DNA from: an uncultured Candidatus Saccharibacteria bacterium
GTDB taxonomy: Bacteria; Patescibacteriota; Minisyncoccia; Phycocordibacterales; UBA2100
Direction: 5' to 3'
Length of the DNA stretch: 64,000 nt
Assembly (NCBI GenBank): GCA_964545165.1
Contig: CAZJEQ010000004.1
Coordinates: 17,716 to 81,715 of the forward strand
Both the position numbers and the translations under genes were made by a program. Below, in pieces: positions 29,335 through 38,542 of the stretch. Under the pieces are notes generated by a model that did not search any database, was not told where the DNA came from, and saw nothing but the letters and a program-made list of their open reading frames with translations. Within the stretch, counting starts at the first letter, position 1, and the number at the start of each line of letters is the position of its first letter.

Positions 29335-29353
29335 GCTGGTTTTTTTCTTCGTG

Positions 29354-30298
29354 ATGTGGGAGCGTGTCGCTATGGATACCTTTTTCTCTTTCGTCATTTC
29401 GCTCGCGACGATGATCGCCGGCCTCTTTGGGAGCAGCTCACACGAGACCGTGTTTCTCGCACAGCCGCTGGTGCCAAAGCCGCCTGAGGCCGCCCTCCTT
29501 TTCGGCGGTGACATGATGTTTGACCGCTCGATTCGCCTCGCTGCAGAGCGAGAAGGGGAAGACTTTATTCTCTCGTGCCTCGATCCGATCTTGGCAGAGG
29601 CGGACCTGGTCGTCGCGAATCTCGAGGGGCCGATCACGGGAGAGCCTTCAGTGAGTGCGAGCTCTGCCATCGAGAGCCCCGAGAATTACACGTTTACCTT
29701 TCCGCTCTCAACGGGCGAGGTGCTCGCGCGGCACAATATTCGCATGGTGAATATTGGCAACAATCACATTGAGAATTTTAAAATAGAAGGTGTCCGATCG
29801 ACCATGCGCGTGCTCGAGAGCGCGGGTGTCGCGTATTTCGGAGATCCGCTTGAACAGCGTGTCGCATATACGGAGATCAATCGAGTGCGCATCGCGGTAG
29901 TGAACTTTAACCAATTCGCCCGGAGCTCTACCAAAGAGAAAACAATTGAGCAGATCCGCGCGGCGAAAGCAGATGGACGAGTGGTGATCGTGTACGCGCA
30001 CTGGGGCGAAGAGTATCTGCCCGCCACGGACTATGAGAAGGAGCTCGCACATGCATTTATCGATGCGGGCGCAGAGATCGTCATCGGCTCTCATCCGCAT
30101 GTCATCCAAGAGCATGAAGTGTATGCAGGCAAACACATTTACTATTCGCTCGGGAATTTGGTATTTGACCAGTACTGGGAAGAGGCGGTGCGCAGCGGCC
30201 TCCTGCTCTCGGTTCGCATCACTTCGCGGGGCGTCGTGGGCGTAGATGAGGTTCCGGTCACCCTTGAGCGTAACCGGCAGACGTGCCCTAGTGCGTAG
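29354..30298 (+). CDS. CapA-like metallophosphatase (poly-gamma-glutamate capsule synthesis family)
   Basis: N-terminal signal anchor; CapA/PGA_cap motifs (ANLEGP, NHIEN, GSHPH); alternative start at 29372. Confidence 0.75.
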   Translation: MWERVAMDTFFSFVISLATMIAGLFGSSSHETVFLAQPLVPKPPEAALLFGGDMMFDRSIRLAAEREGEDFILSCLDPILAEADLVVANLEGPITGEPSVSASSAIESPENYTFTFPLSTGEVLARHNIRMVNIGNNHIENFKIEGVRSTMRVLESAGVAYFGDPLEQRVAYTEINRVRIAVVNFNQFARSSTKEKTIEQIRAAKADGRVVIVYAHWGEEYLPATDYEKELAHAFIDAGAEIVIGSHPHVIQEHEVYAGKHIYYSLGNLVFDQYWEEAVRSGLLLSVRITSRGVVGVDEVPVTLERNRQTCPSA

Positions 30299-30340
30299 TG
30301 CACATTGTCTTTTCATCTGCGCCGAGTACCATCGTGCGAT

Positions 30341-30820
30341 ATGGTAAAACAAACGACGTATCGCTGGGTCACGGCTGGCATTCTCGCGCTGATTCTCATC
30401 CTTATCGGCACCGTCTTGTATATGAACGACGGTTTTGGGATCAATCCGTCTTCTTCCGCCCGCTCTGCGGTTGAGGAATTTGGCACGCATCTCCAGAATG
30501 TCTCACTCCTCGCACCCGACGCCACGAGCACGATGGCGACGACGTACGGACCGTTTGTGACTCCCGAGCTGCTCCAATCGTGGGAGGCCAATCCCCAGGA
30601 TGCTCCGGGCCGCCTCACCTCCAGCCCATACCCGGATCGCATCGAGATCACGCGGATCGACAAACAGGGAAGCGGGTACATCGTAAATGGAACGGTGGTC
30701 TACCTCACCTCGACGGGCGAAGCAGGGCGCGCACCGGTCGTGATTCAAATCATCCCGCAGGACGGCAAGTGGCTCATCGCCGCATACGAAGAGCAGGCGC
30801 CCGAGAATACCGGTGCCTAA
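30341..30820 (+). CDS. hypothetical membrane-anchored protein
   Basis: Start at MVKQTTYRW; one N-terminal TM helix, then a soluble domain; no recognizable family. Confidence 0.5.
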   Translation: MVKQTTYRWVTAGILALILILIGTVLYMNDGFGINPSSSARSAVEEFGTHLQNVSLLAPDATSTMATTYGPFVTPELLQSWEANPQDAPGRLTSSPYPDRIEITRIDKQGSGYIVNGTVVYLTSTGEAGRAPVVIQIIPQDGKWLIAAYEEQAPENTGA

Positions 30821-30877
30821 TTGAATACGGACCGTTTATCGGTTAATCTTCACCGCATTGCGGCGCGAGCTGCATAT

Positions 30878-30948
30878 TGCGGGATCGTCTAATGGTAGGA
30901 CTACTGCCTCTGGAGCAGTGTATCTTGGTTCGAATCCAAGTCCCGCAG
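30878..30948 (+). tRNA. tRNA-Gln (CTG)
   Basis: TGCGGGATCGTCTAATGGTAGGACTACTGCCTCTGGAGCAGTGTATCTTGGTTCGAATCCAAGTCCCGCAG; U1-A72, G73 as in bacterial tRNA-Gln; CCA not encoded. Confidence 0.85.
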
Positions 30949-31118
30949 CAAAATGAGCTTCGCGAATTTTGCGAAGGGATTTGGATTCGAACGGGAAAGG
31001 GGTCGGGAAAACACCTTGTTTTCCCGTGGAGGAAGGTATGGGAAAACCGTGGGCGCCCCGAAGAAAGTACCCTTGGGGTGTTTCCCAGGGGTTCGCAGTC
31101 CAAGTCCCGCAGCAAAGT
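30949..31118 (+). other. structured 170-bp element ending in a partial direct repeat of the tRNA-Gln 3' end
   Basis: 31090-31118 GGTTCGCAGTCCAAGTCCCGCAGCAAAG versus the tRNA 3' end GGTTCGAATCCAAGTCCCGCAGCAAAA (18/18 identical core); internal helices GGGAAAACACC/GGTGTTTCCC, TTTTCCC/GGGAAAA, CTTCGC/GCGAAG. Confidence 0.4.
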
Positions 31119-31157
31119 TGAAATCGAGGTGTTTGGTCGGCACAGTATACTTATCGT

Positions 31158-31493
31158 ATGTTCGGCGTGAACAAACATCTTTTGATCGGGATACTTTTCG
31201 CGCTCCCGTTTTTTGCCTTGAATGCACTGGTGGTATCGGGAGCAGCAATAGGGGTGGCGTTTCGCACCGCGGTCAACTCGACGGGGTATGGGCAACCATT
31301 CATTCTCGGCCTTCTCGCGTTGGTATTTGTCGGTGGGGTAGTCGCATTGTATCCGGTGATCAAGACTCGCCGCCTGATGCTGTTGAATATTGTCGCGGGG
31401 GTACTTCTCGTCGGTTTCTCGATTATGGCGGGGTACGGTCTGGGAGTCGATGTATATCACTGCGATGTACTGAAGATCCCCAATTGCGACTAG
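31158..31493 (+). CDS. small integral membrane protein (3 TM helices)
   Basis: 111 aa, hydrophobic; TATACT 6 nt upstream of the ATG (leaderless). Confidence 0.5.
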   Translation: MFGVNKHLLIGILFALPFFALNALVVSGAAIGVAFRTAVNSTGYGQPFILGLLALVFVGGVVALYPVIKTRRLMLLNIVAGVLLVGFSIMAGYGLGVDVYHCDVLKIPNCD

Positions 31494-31525
31494 TGAATCT
31501 TCCGGCACAATCAGGCTCGTCGCGC

Positions 31526-32095
31526 ATGAAAATTATTCTTGGCTCAGCATCGGCAGGCAGGAAGCTCATCATGGAAGAGCTGGGATATGATTTCGTCGTC
31601 ATGCCCGCTGATATCGATGAGAAGGCGATCAGGCGAGACGAGCCGAAGGAGCTCGTGATGGCTATAGCGCAAGCAAAGGCGGACGCACTCCTCCCGAAAA
31701 TTCACGAACCCGCACTGCTCGTCACCGCCGATCAGGTCGTGCTTTTCAAGGGTGTCGTGCATGAGAAGCCGGTTGATGCAGCTGAGGCAAAGCGATTTCT
31801 CGCGAGCTACGTCGATGCGCCCGTTGAGGTCTGCGGTGCGATCGTGGTGGTGAATACCGGCACAGGCACGCGTGTGCAGGCATTGCAGTCGGCCAAGGTG
31901 TACCTCAAGCCGCTCCCAGAAGATTTTATTGAGCAGTATGTGCAATCGGGTGAGGCGCTGAAGGGCGCGGGAGGATTTATGATTCAAAATCCCATCTTCG
32001 CGCCGTATATCGAGCGCGTTGAGGGATCCTTCGATGCGCTCGTCGGTCTTTCAAAAGACGTATTGCAGCAATTGATGCACGAAGCATCGCAGTAG
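31526..32095 (+). CDS. maf: Maf-like nucleoside triphosphate pyrophosphatase
   Basis: ILGSAS...R and ADQVV motifs; 189 aa. The 380-aa track ORF is an upstream read-through artefact. Confidence 0.8.
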   Translation: MKIILGSASAGRKLIMEELGYDFVVMPADIDEKAIRRDEPKELVMAIAQAKADALLPKIHEPALLVTADQVVLFKGVVHEKPVDAAEAKRFLASYVDAPVEVCGAIVVVNTGTGTRVQALQSAKVYLKPLPEDFIEQYVQSGEALKGAGGFMIQNPIFAPYIERVEGSFDALVGLSKDVLQQLMHEASQ

Positions 32096-32102
32096 CCAGG
32101 CC

Positions 32103-32501
32103 CTACTGTGCGAGGTGCGTTTTGATTTCTGGAGCAAGATGCGCGAGCGCCGCAAGAATTGCCGCGCCGGTTTTGGGCGGGAGGCGGCCGCCTGTCGTGA
32201 AGATGCGCCGCGCGTGATTGCGTAGCCGCACCGGGATGATGAGCGGCATCTCGAGCCACTGCAGAGGTCGCTTGAGGCGCTGCACCGAAGAGAGCGTGAT
32301 ACGGCCACGAGAGATGTGACCTGATGCCACGTGGGTGAATTCATTCTTGCGAAGGATGAGCACGATCTCGTGCTGCACTTTTTTAAAAGATGAGGTCACT
32401 GGCTCAGTGAGCGAGCCATTTCTCTCGAGCAGTACGAGCCGCTCATCGCTGAGAGGGAGCACGTAGGCCACGCATCTATTATAACGCGTGGGTTCATGCA
32501 C
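32103..32501 (-). CDS. hypothetical protein
   Basis: 132-aa ORF with no recognizable family; start uncertain. Confidence 0.4.
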   Translation of the reverse strand: MHEPTRYNRCVAYVLPLSDERLVLLERNGSLTEPVTSSFKKVQHEIVLILRKNEFTHVASGHISRGRITLSSVQRLKRPLQWLEMPLIIPVRLRNHARRIFTTGGRLPPKTGAAILAALAHLAPEIKTHLAQ

Positions 32502-32530
32502 CGGTCATATACACGCGGTATAATTCATGC

Positions 32531-32986
32531 ATGCAAACACTACACACGGAGATTTTTATTCAGGCACCACGCGACAAGGTGTGGGATGTCATGCTCGGTG
32601 ATGCGACCTATCGCGAATGGACCAACGCATTTCATCCCGGCTCGTACTACGTGGGCGACTGGAGCGAAGGGTCCAAGATGCTTTTCTTGGGACCCGACGC
32701 AGAGGCCGGGAAGGAAGGAGGCATGGTGAGTCGGATTAAAGAAAATAGGCGACCGGAATTTATCTCGATCGAACATATTGGCATGGTGAAAGACGGTGTC
32801 GAAGATACGACAGGGGAAGAGGTGAAGAAGTGGGTTCCCGCATTCGAAAACTACACCTTTACCGAACAAGATGGCGGGACCCTGCTCGCCGTCGACATGC
32901 AGGCCGAAGCCAGTGAGTACAAAGAAATGTTTGAGCAGATGTGGCCAAAGGCACTGCAGGCGCTCAAAGAAATTGCAGAGAAGTAG
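32531..32986 (+). CDS. SRPBCC-fold protein (AHSA1 / polyketide-cyclase-like)
   Basis: EIFIQAPRDKVWDVM...YREWT, typical of Activator-of-Hsp90-ATPase-homolog-like bacterial proteins. Confidence 0.7.
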   Translation: MQTLHTEIFIQAPRDKVWDVMLGDATYREWTNAFHPGSYYVGDWSEGSKMLFLGPDAEAGKEGGMVSRIKENRRPEFISIEHIGMVKDGVEDTTGEEVKKWVPAFENYTFTEQDGGTLLAVDMQAEASEYKEMFEQMWPKALQALKEIAEK

Positions 32987-32994
32987 GTTTGGAT

Positions 32995-33351
32995 ATGACT
33001 CTCTTTGAAGAGCGCCCGCTCACTCATAAGGTGGCGAAGAAGACGTTTAGTGAGCGAGTTGTCGCGCTCGCGCTCGCAGTGCCTGCCGGCAAGGTGACGA
33101 CGTATGGTGCACTCGCCAAAGCGGCGGGCGGTGGTGGTATGGCCGCGCGCAGCGTGAGCGGCCTTCTCGGGAAGGCGTGGGATGCGGGCGAGCACGGCAT
33201 CCCGTGGCATCGTATCGTGTACTCGGATGGTCGCGTGTGGGTGAGCAGCGACACGCGCAAGAAGCGTATGGCCCTCTATAAAAAAGAGAAGATACAGCTC
33301 GATAAGAGCGACCGCGTCGTCGATTTTCAAGACAAACTGTACGAATTTTAA
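32995..33351 (+). CDS. alkyltransferase-like protein (ATL; MGMT DNA-binding domain with Cys->Trp)
   Basis: VPAGKVTTYGALA...GIPWHRIV: PWHRIV replaces the PCHRV active site, as in ATL proteins. The track GTG start is ignored; ATG 32995 used. Confidence 0.65.
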   Translation: MTLFEERPLTHKVAKKTFSERVVALALAVPAGKVTTYGALAKAAGGGGMAARSVSGLLGKAWDAGEHGIPWHRIVYSDGRVWVSSDTRKKRMALYKKEKIQLDKSDRVVDFQDKLYEF

Positions 33352-33397
33352 AGCGATCAGATTTTGATATTGCACGGAGATGCGGTAGCTTCTCTCC

Positions 33398-34858
33398 ATG
33401 AGTGCTGATTCGACCATCGTTCGCTTTGAAGACGTCTCCTACGAGTACGGCCCGAAAAAGCCGATTCTCGACGACGTGTCTTTTCCTATTCGCCGCAATG
33501 CCAAGCTCACGCTCATGGGCCAGAACGGTGCGGGCAAGAGTACGATATTTGGGCTCATCACCGGTGCCATCGCACAGGACAGTGGTGTGATCCATATCGA
33601 AAAGGGACTCACGATCGCCGTTGCTCGCCAGGTGATCCCGCGCGACGAGCTCGATCTCACGGTGCGCGATTTCTTCCAGAAAGTCTTTCCAAAAAAGGTC
33701 TACGACATTGATGTGCGCATCGATGCGGTCTTGGAGATCGTGAATCTACAAGGCCACGAGAAGGTGCATGATCGAATCGTGCGGTCATTTTCTGGTGGCC
33801 AGCAGGCGCGCCTCCTCCTTGCACTCGCTCTTATCCAAGAGCCGGACATGCTCCTCCTTGATGAGCCGACCAACAATCTGGATAAGGCGGGCATCGCACA
33901 TCTGACGCAATTTCTCATTGCGTATCCGAAGACCTGTATCGTCATTTCGCACGATGCGGACTTTCTCAACGCATTCACGCACGGTGTCTTGTATCTCGAT
34001 GTGCATACGCACAAGGTGGAGCAGTACGTCGGTAACTACTACGATGTGCTCAAAGAAGTCTCCGCACGCGTCGAGAAGGAGGAGATGAAAAACGCGCGCT
34101 TGCAGAAAATCATCAGCGCCAAGAAAGATCAGGCCAATGTCTTCGCGCACAAAGGTGGTGGGCTGCGCCTCGTGGCCAAGCGCATGCGTGCGGCAGCAGC
34201 GGAAGCGGAGGAGTCGATGGTGGAGGTGCGCAAAGAAGATAAGACCATTCGGGATTTCAAAATTCCCGCGCAGGAAGGGCTTTCTGCCGAAGTGATGAAC
34301 ATTTCATTCTTCAAGGTCATCAAGAATTACAAACCGGTCGTCAAAAAGAAGGCGATCGCGCTGCGTAAAAATCAGCACCTCCTGCTCCAGGGACCCAACG
34401 GTATCGGCAAATCGACGCTGCTCGAGGCGCTCGCGAGCGGAGAGGCAGAAGGCGCCACCATCGCGAAGGGGGTGCGCGTCGGATACTACCGCCAGGATTT
34501 TTCCAACCTCGATTTTAGTGCAACTGTTCGCGATGAATTATTTGCCGCGATGGACCGACCTGTCGAAGAGACTATGCGAGCGGTCGCGGCGAGCTTTCTG
34601 CTCACCGGTGATGTAGTAAACACGACGATTGGACACCTCTCTGAAGGCCAAAAGGGCCTCGTCGCATTTGCACGGCTCGTGCTCCTGCGCCCCGGCCTCC
34701 TCATCCTCGATGAGCCGACCAACCATATCAACTTCCGCCATATCCCGGTCATCGCCAAAGCGCTTGATGCCTACGAGGGTGCAATGATCCTCGTCTCACA
34801 CGTGCCAGAATTCGTCGCCTCGATTCGTATCGACGAGACACTCGACCTCGCGAAGTAA
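33398..34858 (+). CDS. ABC-F family ATPase (two ABC domains, no TM domain)
   Basis: Two Walker A motifs (GQNGAGKST, GPNGIGKST) and two signature motifs (SGGQQAR, SEGQKG) separated by a linker. Confidence 0.85.
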   Translation: MSADSTIVRFEDVSYEYGPKKPILDDVSFPIRRNAKLTLMGQNGAGKSTIFGLITGAIAQDSGVIHIEKGLTIAVARQVIPRDELDLTVRDFFQKVFPKKVYDIDVRIDAVLEIVNLQGHEKVHDRIVRSFSGGQQARLLLALALIQEPDMLLLDEPTNNLDKAGIAHLTQFLIAYPKTCIVISHDADFLNAFTHGVLYLDVHTHKVEQYVGNYYDVLKEVSARVEKEEMKNARLQKIISAKKDQANVFAHKGGGLRLVAKRMRAAAAEAEESMVEVRKEDKTIRDFKIPAQEGLSAEVMNISFFKVIKNYKPVVKKKAIALRKNQHLLLQGPNGIGKSTLLEALASGEAEGATIAKGVRVGYYRQDFSNLDFSATVRDELFAAMDRPVEETMRAVAASFLLTGDVVNTTIGHLSEGQKGLVAFARLVLLRPGLLILDEPTNHINFRHIPVIAKALDAYEGAMILVSHVPEFVASIRIDETLDLAK

Positions 34859-34939
34859 TCGATCGTAAGGGTTTGCGGCGTATACGTGCTACAGTTGCGC
34901 CTCGCTGTCCCTTTACTCGCCACACTAATCATCATTCTC

Positions 34940-35059
34940 ATGAACGATACAACTCCGGAAACGATGGCTCCCGACGCTCCTGCAATGGAACCGGTTGTCA
35001 CCGAGACCCCTGCCCCTGAGGCAGAGACGCCTGCAGCCGACGAAACCGCCACTGCATAG
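34940..35059 (+). CDS. small acidic Pro/Glu/Thr-rich peptide (39 aa), speculative
   Basis: MNDTTPETMAPDAPAMEPVVTETPAPEAETPAADETATA, ending 4 nt before a strong terminator. No family support. Confidence 0.25.
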   Translation: MNDTTPETMAPDAPAMEPVVTETPAPEAETPAADETATA

Positions 35060-35062
35060 TCA

Positions 35063-35098
35063 TAAAAAAACCGCTGCGACACGTAGCGGTTTTTTTAT
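35063..35098 (+). terminator. rho-independent terminator
   Basis: AAAAAAACCGCTGCG-acac-GTAGCGGTTTTTTTAT. Confidence 0.6.
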
Positions 35099-35135
35099 TT
35101 GGGACACTACGCTACGCCTTGCGCAAAGTGATAGG

Positions 35136-35729
35136 ATGTCACGCATGACGGATATGCTCATGACGAAGGAATTTGTCGCGCTGATTGCAGCACTGCTCGC
35201 CATTGTCGGCAATGTACCGTACGTACGCGATGTGGTGCGCGGTCGCGTGAAGCCACATCCCTATACGTGGTTTGTGTGGACCATCGTCTCGGCGGTCGTC
35301 TTTTTCGGACAACTCGCGAAGGGCGCGGGCATCGGCGCGCTGCCGACCGCAGCCTCGGAAATATTCACGCTGATCATTTTCCTCCTCTCACTCAAATACG
35401 GTTTCAAACACATTCGTCGTATCGATACAGTATTTCTCTGCATCGCGCTCCTCGGCCTTATCCCATGGTGGCTCACCAAAGACCCGACCGTCTCGGTGAT
35501 CATTGTCGTCACGATAGACGTGATCGGATTTATCCCGACGCTCCAAAAGACCTGGCGTGAGCCGGAGACCGAGGTGCCGCTCCTTTTCGGCACCAATGTC
35601 GTGCGTCACATTCTCATGCTTTTCTCGCTCCAGGCGTACAACGTCGCGACCACGCTGCATTCCATCGCGATGATTACCACCAACAGCCTCATGACCCTTT
35701 TCATTCTGTTTCGACGGTCGGCAAAGTAG
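35136..35729 (+). CDS. hypothetical polytopic membrane protein
   Basis: Start at MSRMTDMLMT; about six hydrophobic helices. Confidence 0.55.
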   Translation: MSRMTDMLMTKEFVALIAALLAIVGNVPYVRDVVRGRVKPHPYTWFVWTIVSAVVFFGQLAKGAGIGALPTAASEIFTLIIFLLSLKYGFKHIRRIDTVFLCIALLGLIPWWLTKDPTVSVIIVVTIDVIGFIPTLQKTWREPETEVPLLFGTNVVRHILMLFSLQAYNVATTLHSIAMITTNSLMTLFILFRRSAK

Positions 35730-35819
35730 TACGCAATTGACCCGCTCTTCTCTTCTGATACGGTGGTGGCAGTTTTGCGTTCCCGCGAGTGATGCTCGCA
35801 TCAGCAAGGAGAGTGAGCG

Positions 35820-36257
35820 ATGCAACGTGCTAAATTCGACTTTTCGACGCACATCCTGTGCTTCGGCGTTGACCCGAAGACCGCGCAAGAGATCGAGGCC
35901 CGGCTCAAAGAGAGCCTGTCCGATGATCCGCAGAGGTGGTCCGTCGAAGGTGCTGACGTCCAGACCCTCGCGCAAGCGATCGCCTACATCGAGGCCAATC
36001 CGGGCCTCGAGGTCTTGGTGATCCCGCGCCAGGCGTTTCGAGGTGCCCGTACGTATCCGGACATGCTCGCCGATATGGAGCAACTCGCTGTGGCGCTCGC
36101 AGCTCATCCGCACAAGCCGTGGGTCGCTCTGAACACCGACTACTGTGAAGACGTGGAGCCGATCTTTGAGAAAACCGGTGTCGACGTCTGCACCGGCTAT
36201 CTAAGCAACATCGTGCGGCAGAGATGGCGCTCGCAGATCGTCTCCATCGCGGCTTAG
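35820..36257 (+). CDS. hypothetical protein
   Basis: 145-aa ORF; the antisense 241-aa ORF has junk composition. Confidence 0.45.
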   Translation: MQRAKFDFSTHILCFGVDPKTAQEIEARLKESLSDDPQRWSVEGADVQTLAQAIAYIEANPGLEVLVIPRQAFRGARTYPDMLADMEQLAVALAAHPHKPWVALNTDYCEDVEPIFEKTGVDVCTGYLSNIVRQRWRSQIVSIAA

Positions 36258-36267
36258 GCGATGAAAA

Positions 36268-36310
36268 GGGAGGGGGCAGCGAATGTCGCGCCTCCTCCCA
36301 TGTGTTTTTT
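36268..36310 (+). terminator. rho-independent terminator
   Basis: GGGAGGGGGC-agcgaatgtcgc-GCCTCCTCCC followed by TGTGTTTTTTAT. Confidence 0.5.
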
Positions 36311-36335
36311 ATAAAACTGCGGTATGATATCGCGC

Positions 36336-36449
36336 ATGGGAAGAATACCTGATATTCAGCAGAAGAAGTCTCGCTCACGCAAGACAGGTAAGCGCCTCGC
36401 CGCCAAGGCTGCGATGCTCGCCGCTCGATCTGCCAAGAAGCGCCGCTAA
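36336..36449 (+). CDS. small highly basic protein (37 aa), ribosomal-protein-like composition
   Basis: [37 protein letters not shown]; TATGAT 7 nt upstream (leaderless); its stop is 1 nt before the cyclophilin ATG (coupled). Confidence 0.45.
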   Translation: MGRIPDIQQKKSRSRKTGKRLAAKAAMLAARSAKKRR

Positions 36450-36450
36450 C

Positions 36451-36927
36451 ATGAAAGCGACGTTGCATACGACGAAGGGCGACATCACGCTTGAGTTGTT
36501 TGAAGCGGATGCGCCGAATACTGTTGCCAATTTCGTAAAGCTCGCGGGGAGCGGCTTTTATGACGGGACCAAATTCCACCGCGTCATCCAGAGCTTTATG
36601 ATCCAGGGCGGCGATCCGCTCACCAAGGACGATAGTGAGGTCAATTTCTGGGGCACGGGAGGCCCGGGTTACAAATTCGCCGATGAGATCCACGCGCACA
36701 ATCAGAATGATGTCGGCACGATCTCAATGGCAAATGCCGGACCCAATACCAATGGCAGCCAATTCTTCATCAACACCGCGGACAACAATTTCCTTGATAC
36801 TAAGCACACCGTCTTCGGCAAAGTGACTGCCGGTATGGATGCGGTCACTGCTATCGAGACCACGCCCGTCGGTCCCTCAGATCGCCCGGTTGAGCCGGTC
36901 GTGATCAATTCCATTACACTCGCGTAG
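36451..36927 (+). CDS. ppiB: peptidyl-prolyl cis-trans isomerase (cyclophilin type)
   Basis: [14 protein letters not shown]...GSQFFI cyclophilin signatures. Confidence 0.9.
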   Translation: MKATLHTTKGDITLELFEADAPNTVANFVKLAGSGFYDGTKFHRVIQSFMIQGGDPLTKDDSEVNFWGTGGPGYKFADEIHAHNQNDVGTISMANAGPNTNGSQFFINTADNNFLDTKHTVFGKVTAGMDAVTAIETTPVGPSDRPVEPVVINSITLA

Positions 36928-38179
36928 CTGCGGCGGCAGTGCCCGCTACGAATCCGCTCGTCCAACACAGCTGCAAGCTGTAGCCGCCCGATGGACGATT
37001 CACATCAAGCAGGTCGCCGATGATGTAGAGATTGTCGTATTTGAGCGAGCGCATATCCTTGGTATCGATCTCGGTGAGTGGCACGCCGCCCGAGGTGACG
37101 ACCGCCTTTTCGAGCCCAAGCAGATGCGATACCTCGACGGCGAAATGCTTGAGTGTTTTCATCAAGCGTACGCGCTCATCGCGTGTCACGCTGTTGCACA
37201 TTTTTTCGCCATGAATCTCGGCGCGCTCCAAGACGACTGCCACCAGCGCGGGTGGCACGACACTGCCGAGTGAATTGCGCACCATTTTATTCGCATGCGC
37301 CTTTAGTGTCGTCTGCAGGAGTGTGTCTATTTTCTCGTACCCTTCGGCAGGGAAGAGGTCGATTTCGATGATCACCGGGCCGTGGATCAAGAGCTGTCCG
37401 ATTTCGCGACTGAGGTTGAGGGTCGCAGGGCCCGAGAGGCCGACATGAGTAAAGAGAATTTTGCCCGTGTGCGTGCCTTGCTTTTCGTTGTCTTGAAAGA
37501 GTGTGAGTTTGGCGCGTGCACTCACGCCCGCAGCGCGCGTCGTCGATGTGCCCTTGAGCGCAACGGGTACGAGTGCACCGCCGCTTTCATCAATGGTGTG
37601 CCCGATGTCTCGCAGCATGCGGAAGCCATCTCCCGACGAGCCAGTCTCTGGTCGCGAGAGGCCGCCGGTCGCTAGAATAAAGGACCGTCCACGAATGGTA
37701 TTACCGCCGGAGATTTTCGCCGCGACAATCGTGCCATGATCGACGACGAGCGATGCGACCGGTGCATTCGACACAATCGTCACGCCGTGACCGCCGAGAT
37801 AGCTCACGAGTGCGTCGTAGACACTTCGTGCAGTATTCGAGGTAGGAAATGCACGATTGTCCGCCTCGATCTTGATCGGCATACCGCGTCCTTCGAAAAA
37901 ATCGATCGTGCTCTTCGAATCCCATACCGAAAAGGGTGACGCCAGAAATTTGCCCGCGTCTTTGTAGTAGGAGAGCAGTTTTTTTACATCGGACTCCGCA
38001 TTGGTTACGTTGCAGCGGCCGCCGCCAGTGATGAGGAGCTTCTTGCCGGGCGCAAGATTCTTCTCGAGCAGTACGACTTGCGCACCGCACTCAGCTGCGC
38101 GACCCGCCGCCATCATCCCTGCCGGCCCGGCGCCGATCACGACGACGTCCCAGATTTTATCGAGAGGAGTTGGCTTCAC
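36914..38179 (-). CDS. NAD(P)/FAD-dependent oxidoreductase, HI0933/BaiN-like flavoprotein
   Basis: N-terminal GAGPAG dinucleotide-binding fold; ~420 aa HI0933-like architecture. Confidence 0.8.
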   Translation of the reverse strand: MKPTPLDKIWDVVVIGAGPAGMMAAGRAAECGAQVVLLEKNLAPGKKLLITGGGRCNVTNAESDVKKLLSYYKDAGKFLASPFSVWDSKSTIDFFEGRGMPIKIEADNRAFPTSNTARSVYDALVSYLGGHGVTIVSNAPVASLVVDHGTIVAAKISGGNTIRGRSFILATGGLSRPETGSSGDGFRMLRDIGHTIDESGGALVPVALKGTSTTRAAGVSARAKLTLFQDNEKQGTHTGKILFTHVGLSGPATLNLSREIGQLLIHGPVIIEIDLFPAEGYEKIDTLLQTTLKAHANKMVRNSLGSVVPPALVAVVLERAEIHGEKMCNSVTRDERVRLMKTLKHFAVEVSHLLGLEKAVVTSGGVPLTEIDTKDMRSLKYDNLYIIGDLLDVNRPSGGYSLQLCWTSGFVAGTAAAATRV

Positions 38180-38208
38180 CGCGTCATGCTAGCATCGAAG
38201 AGACGCCC

Positions 38209-38475
38209 ATGCATTACGTATATATATTGAAGTGTGCGGATAGCACCTTCTACATCGGCTATACCAACAATATTGCGAAGCGTCTCGCGATGCACAATGG
38301 CGGCAAAGCGGGAGCGAAGTACACGAGAGCGCGTCGTCCTGTCACACTTCTCTATAAACAAGGATTTCGGACGCTCTCAAAGGCACTCAAGCGGGAATAT
38401 GAAATGAAACAATGGTCCCGCGCAGAGAAATTGGCTTTTTTGCGAAAGAAACGCCAACTCTTGCAATCTTCATGA
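38209..38475 (+). CDS. GIY-YIG nuclease family protein (UPF0213 / YhbQ-like)
   Basis: YVYILKC...FYIGYTNN..RL..HN GIY-YIG motif. Track start is a TTG; internal ATG used. Confidence 0.7.
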   Translation: MHYVYILKCADSTFYIGYTNNIAKRLAMHNGGKAGAKYTRARRPVTLLYKQGFRTLSKALKREYEMKQWSRAEKLAFLRKKRQLLQSS

Positions 38476-38542
38476 TTTAGTTGCATAGTGCGGATATTAC
38501 ACGCCGTGTGCCACTAATTATCAAGGTTTTAAGCCATATTTT

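Noticed and set aside
30985-31010. tmRNA-like 5' motif GGATTTGGATTCGAACGGG after tRNA-Gln
   Set aside because: The element is only about 170 nt, with no resume-codon or tag ORF and no tRNA-Ala-like 3' end with CCA. This is too short and incomplete for tmRNA.
30953-32095. 380-aa ORF spanning the tRNA-Gln downstream element and maf
   Set aside because: Only the C-terminal 189 aa (Maf) are protein-like. The upstream portion runs through the tRNA-associated structured element and the small membrane-protein gene in another frame. It is a read-through artefact.
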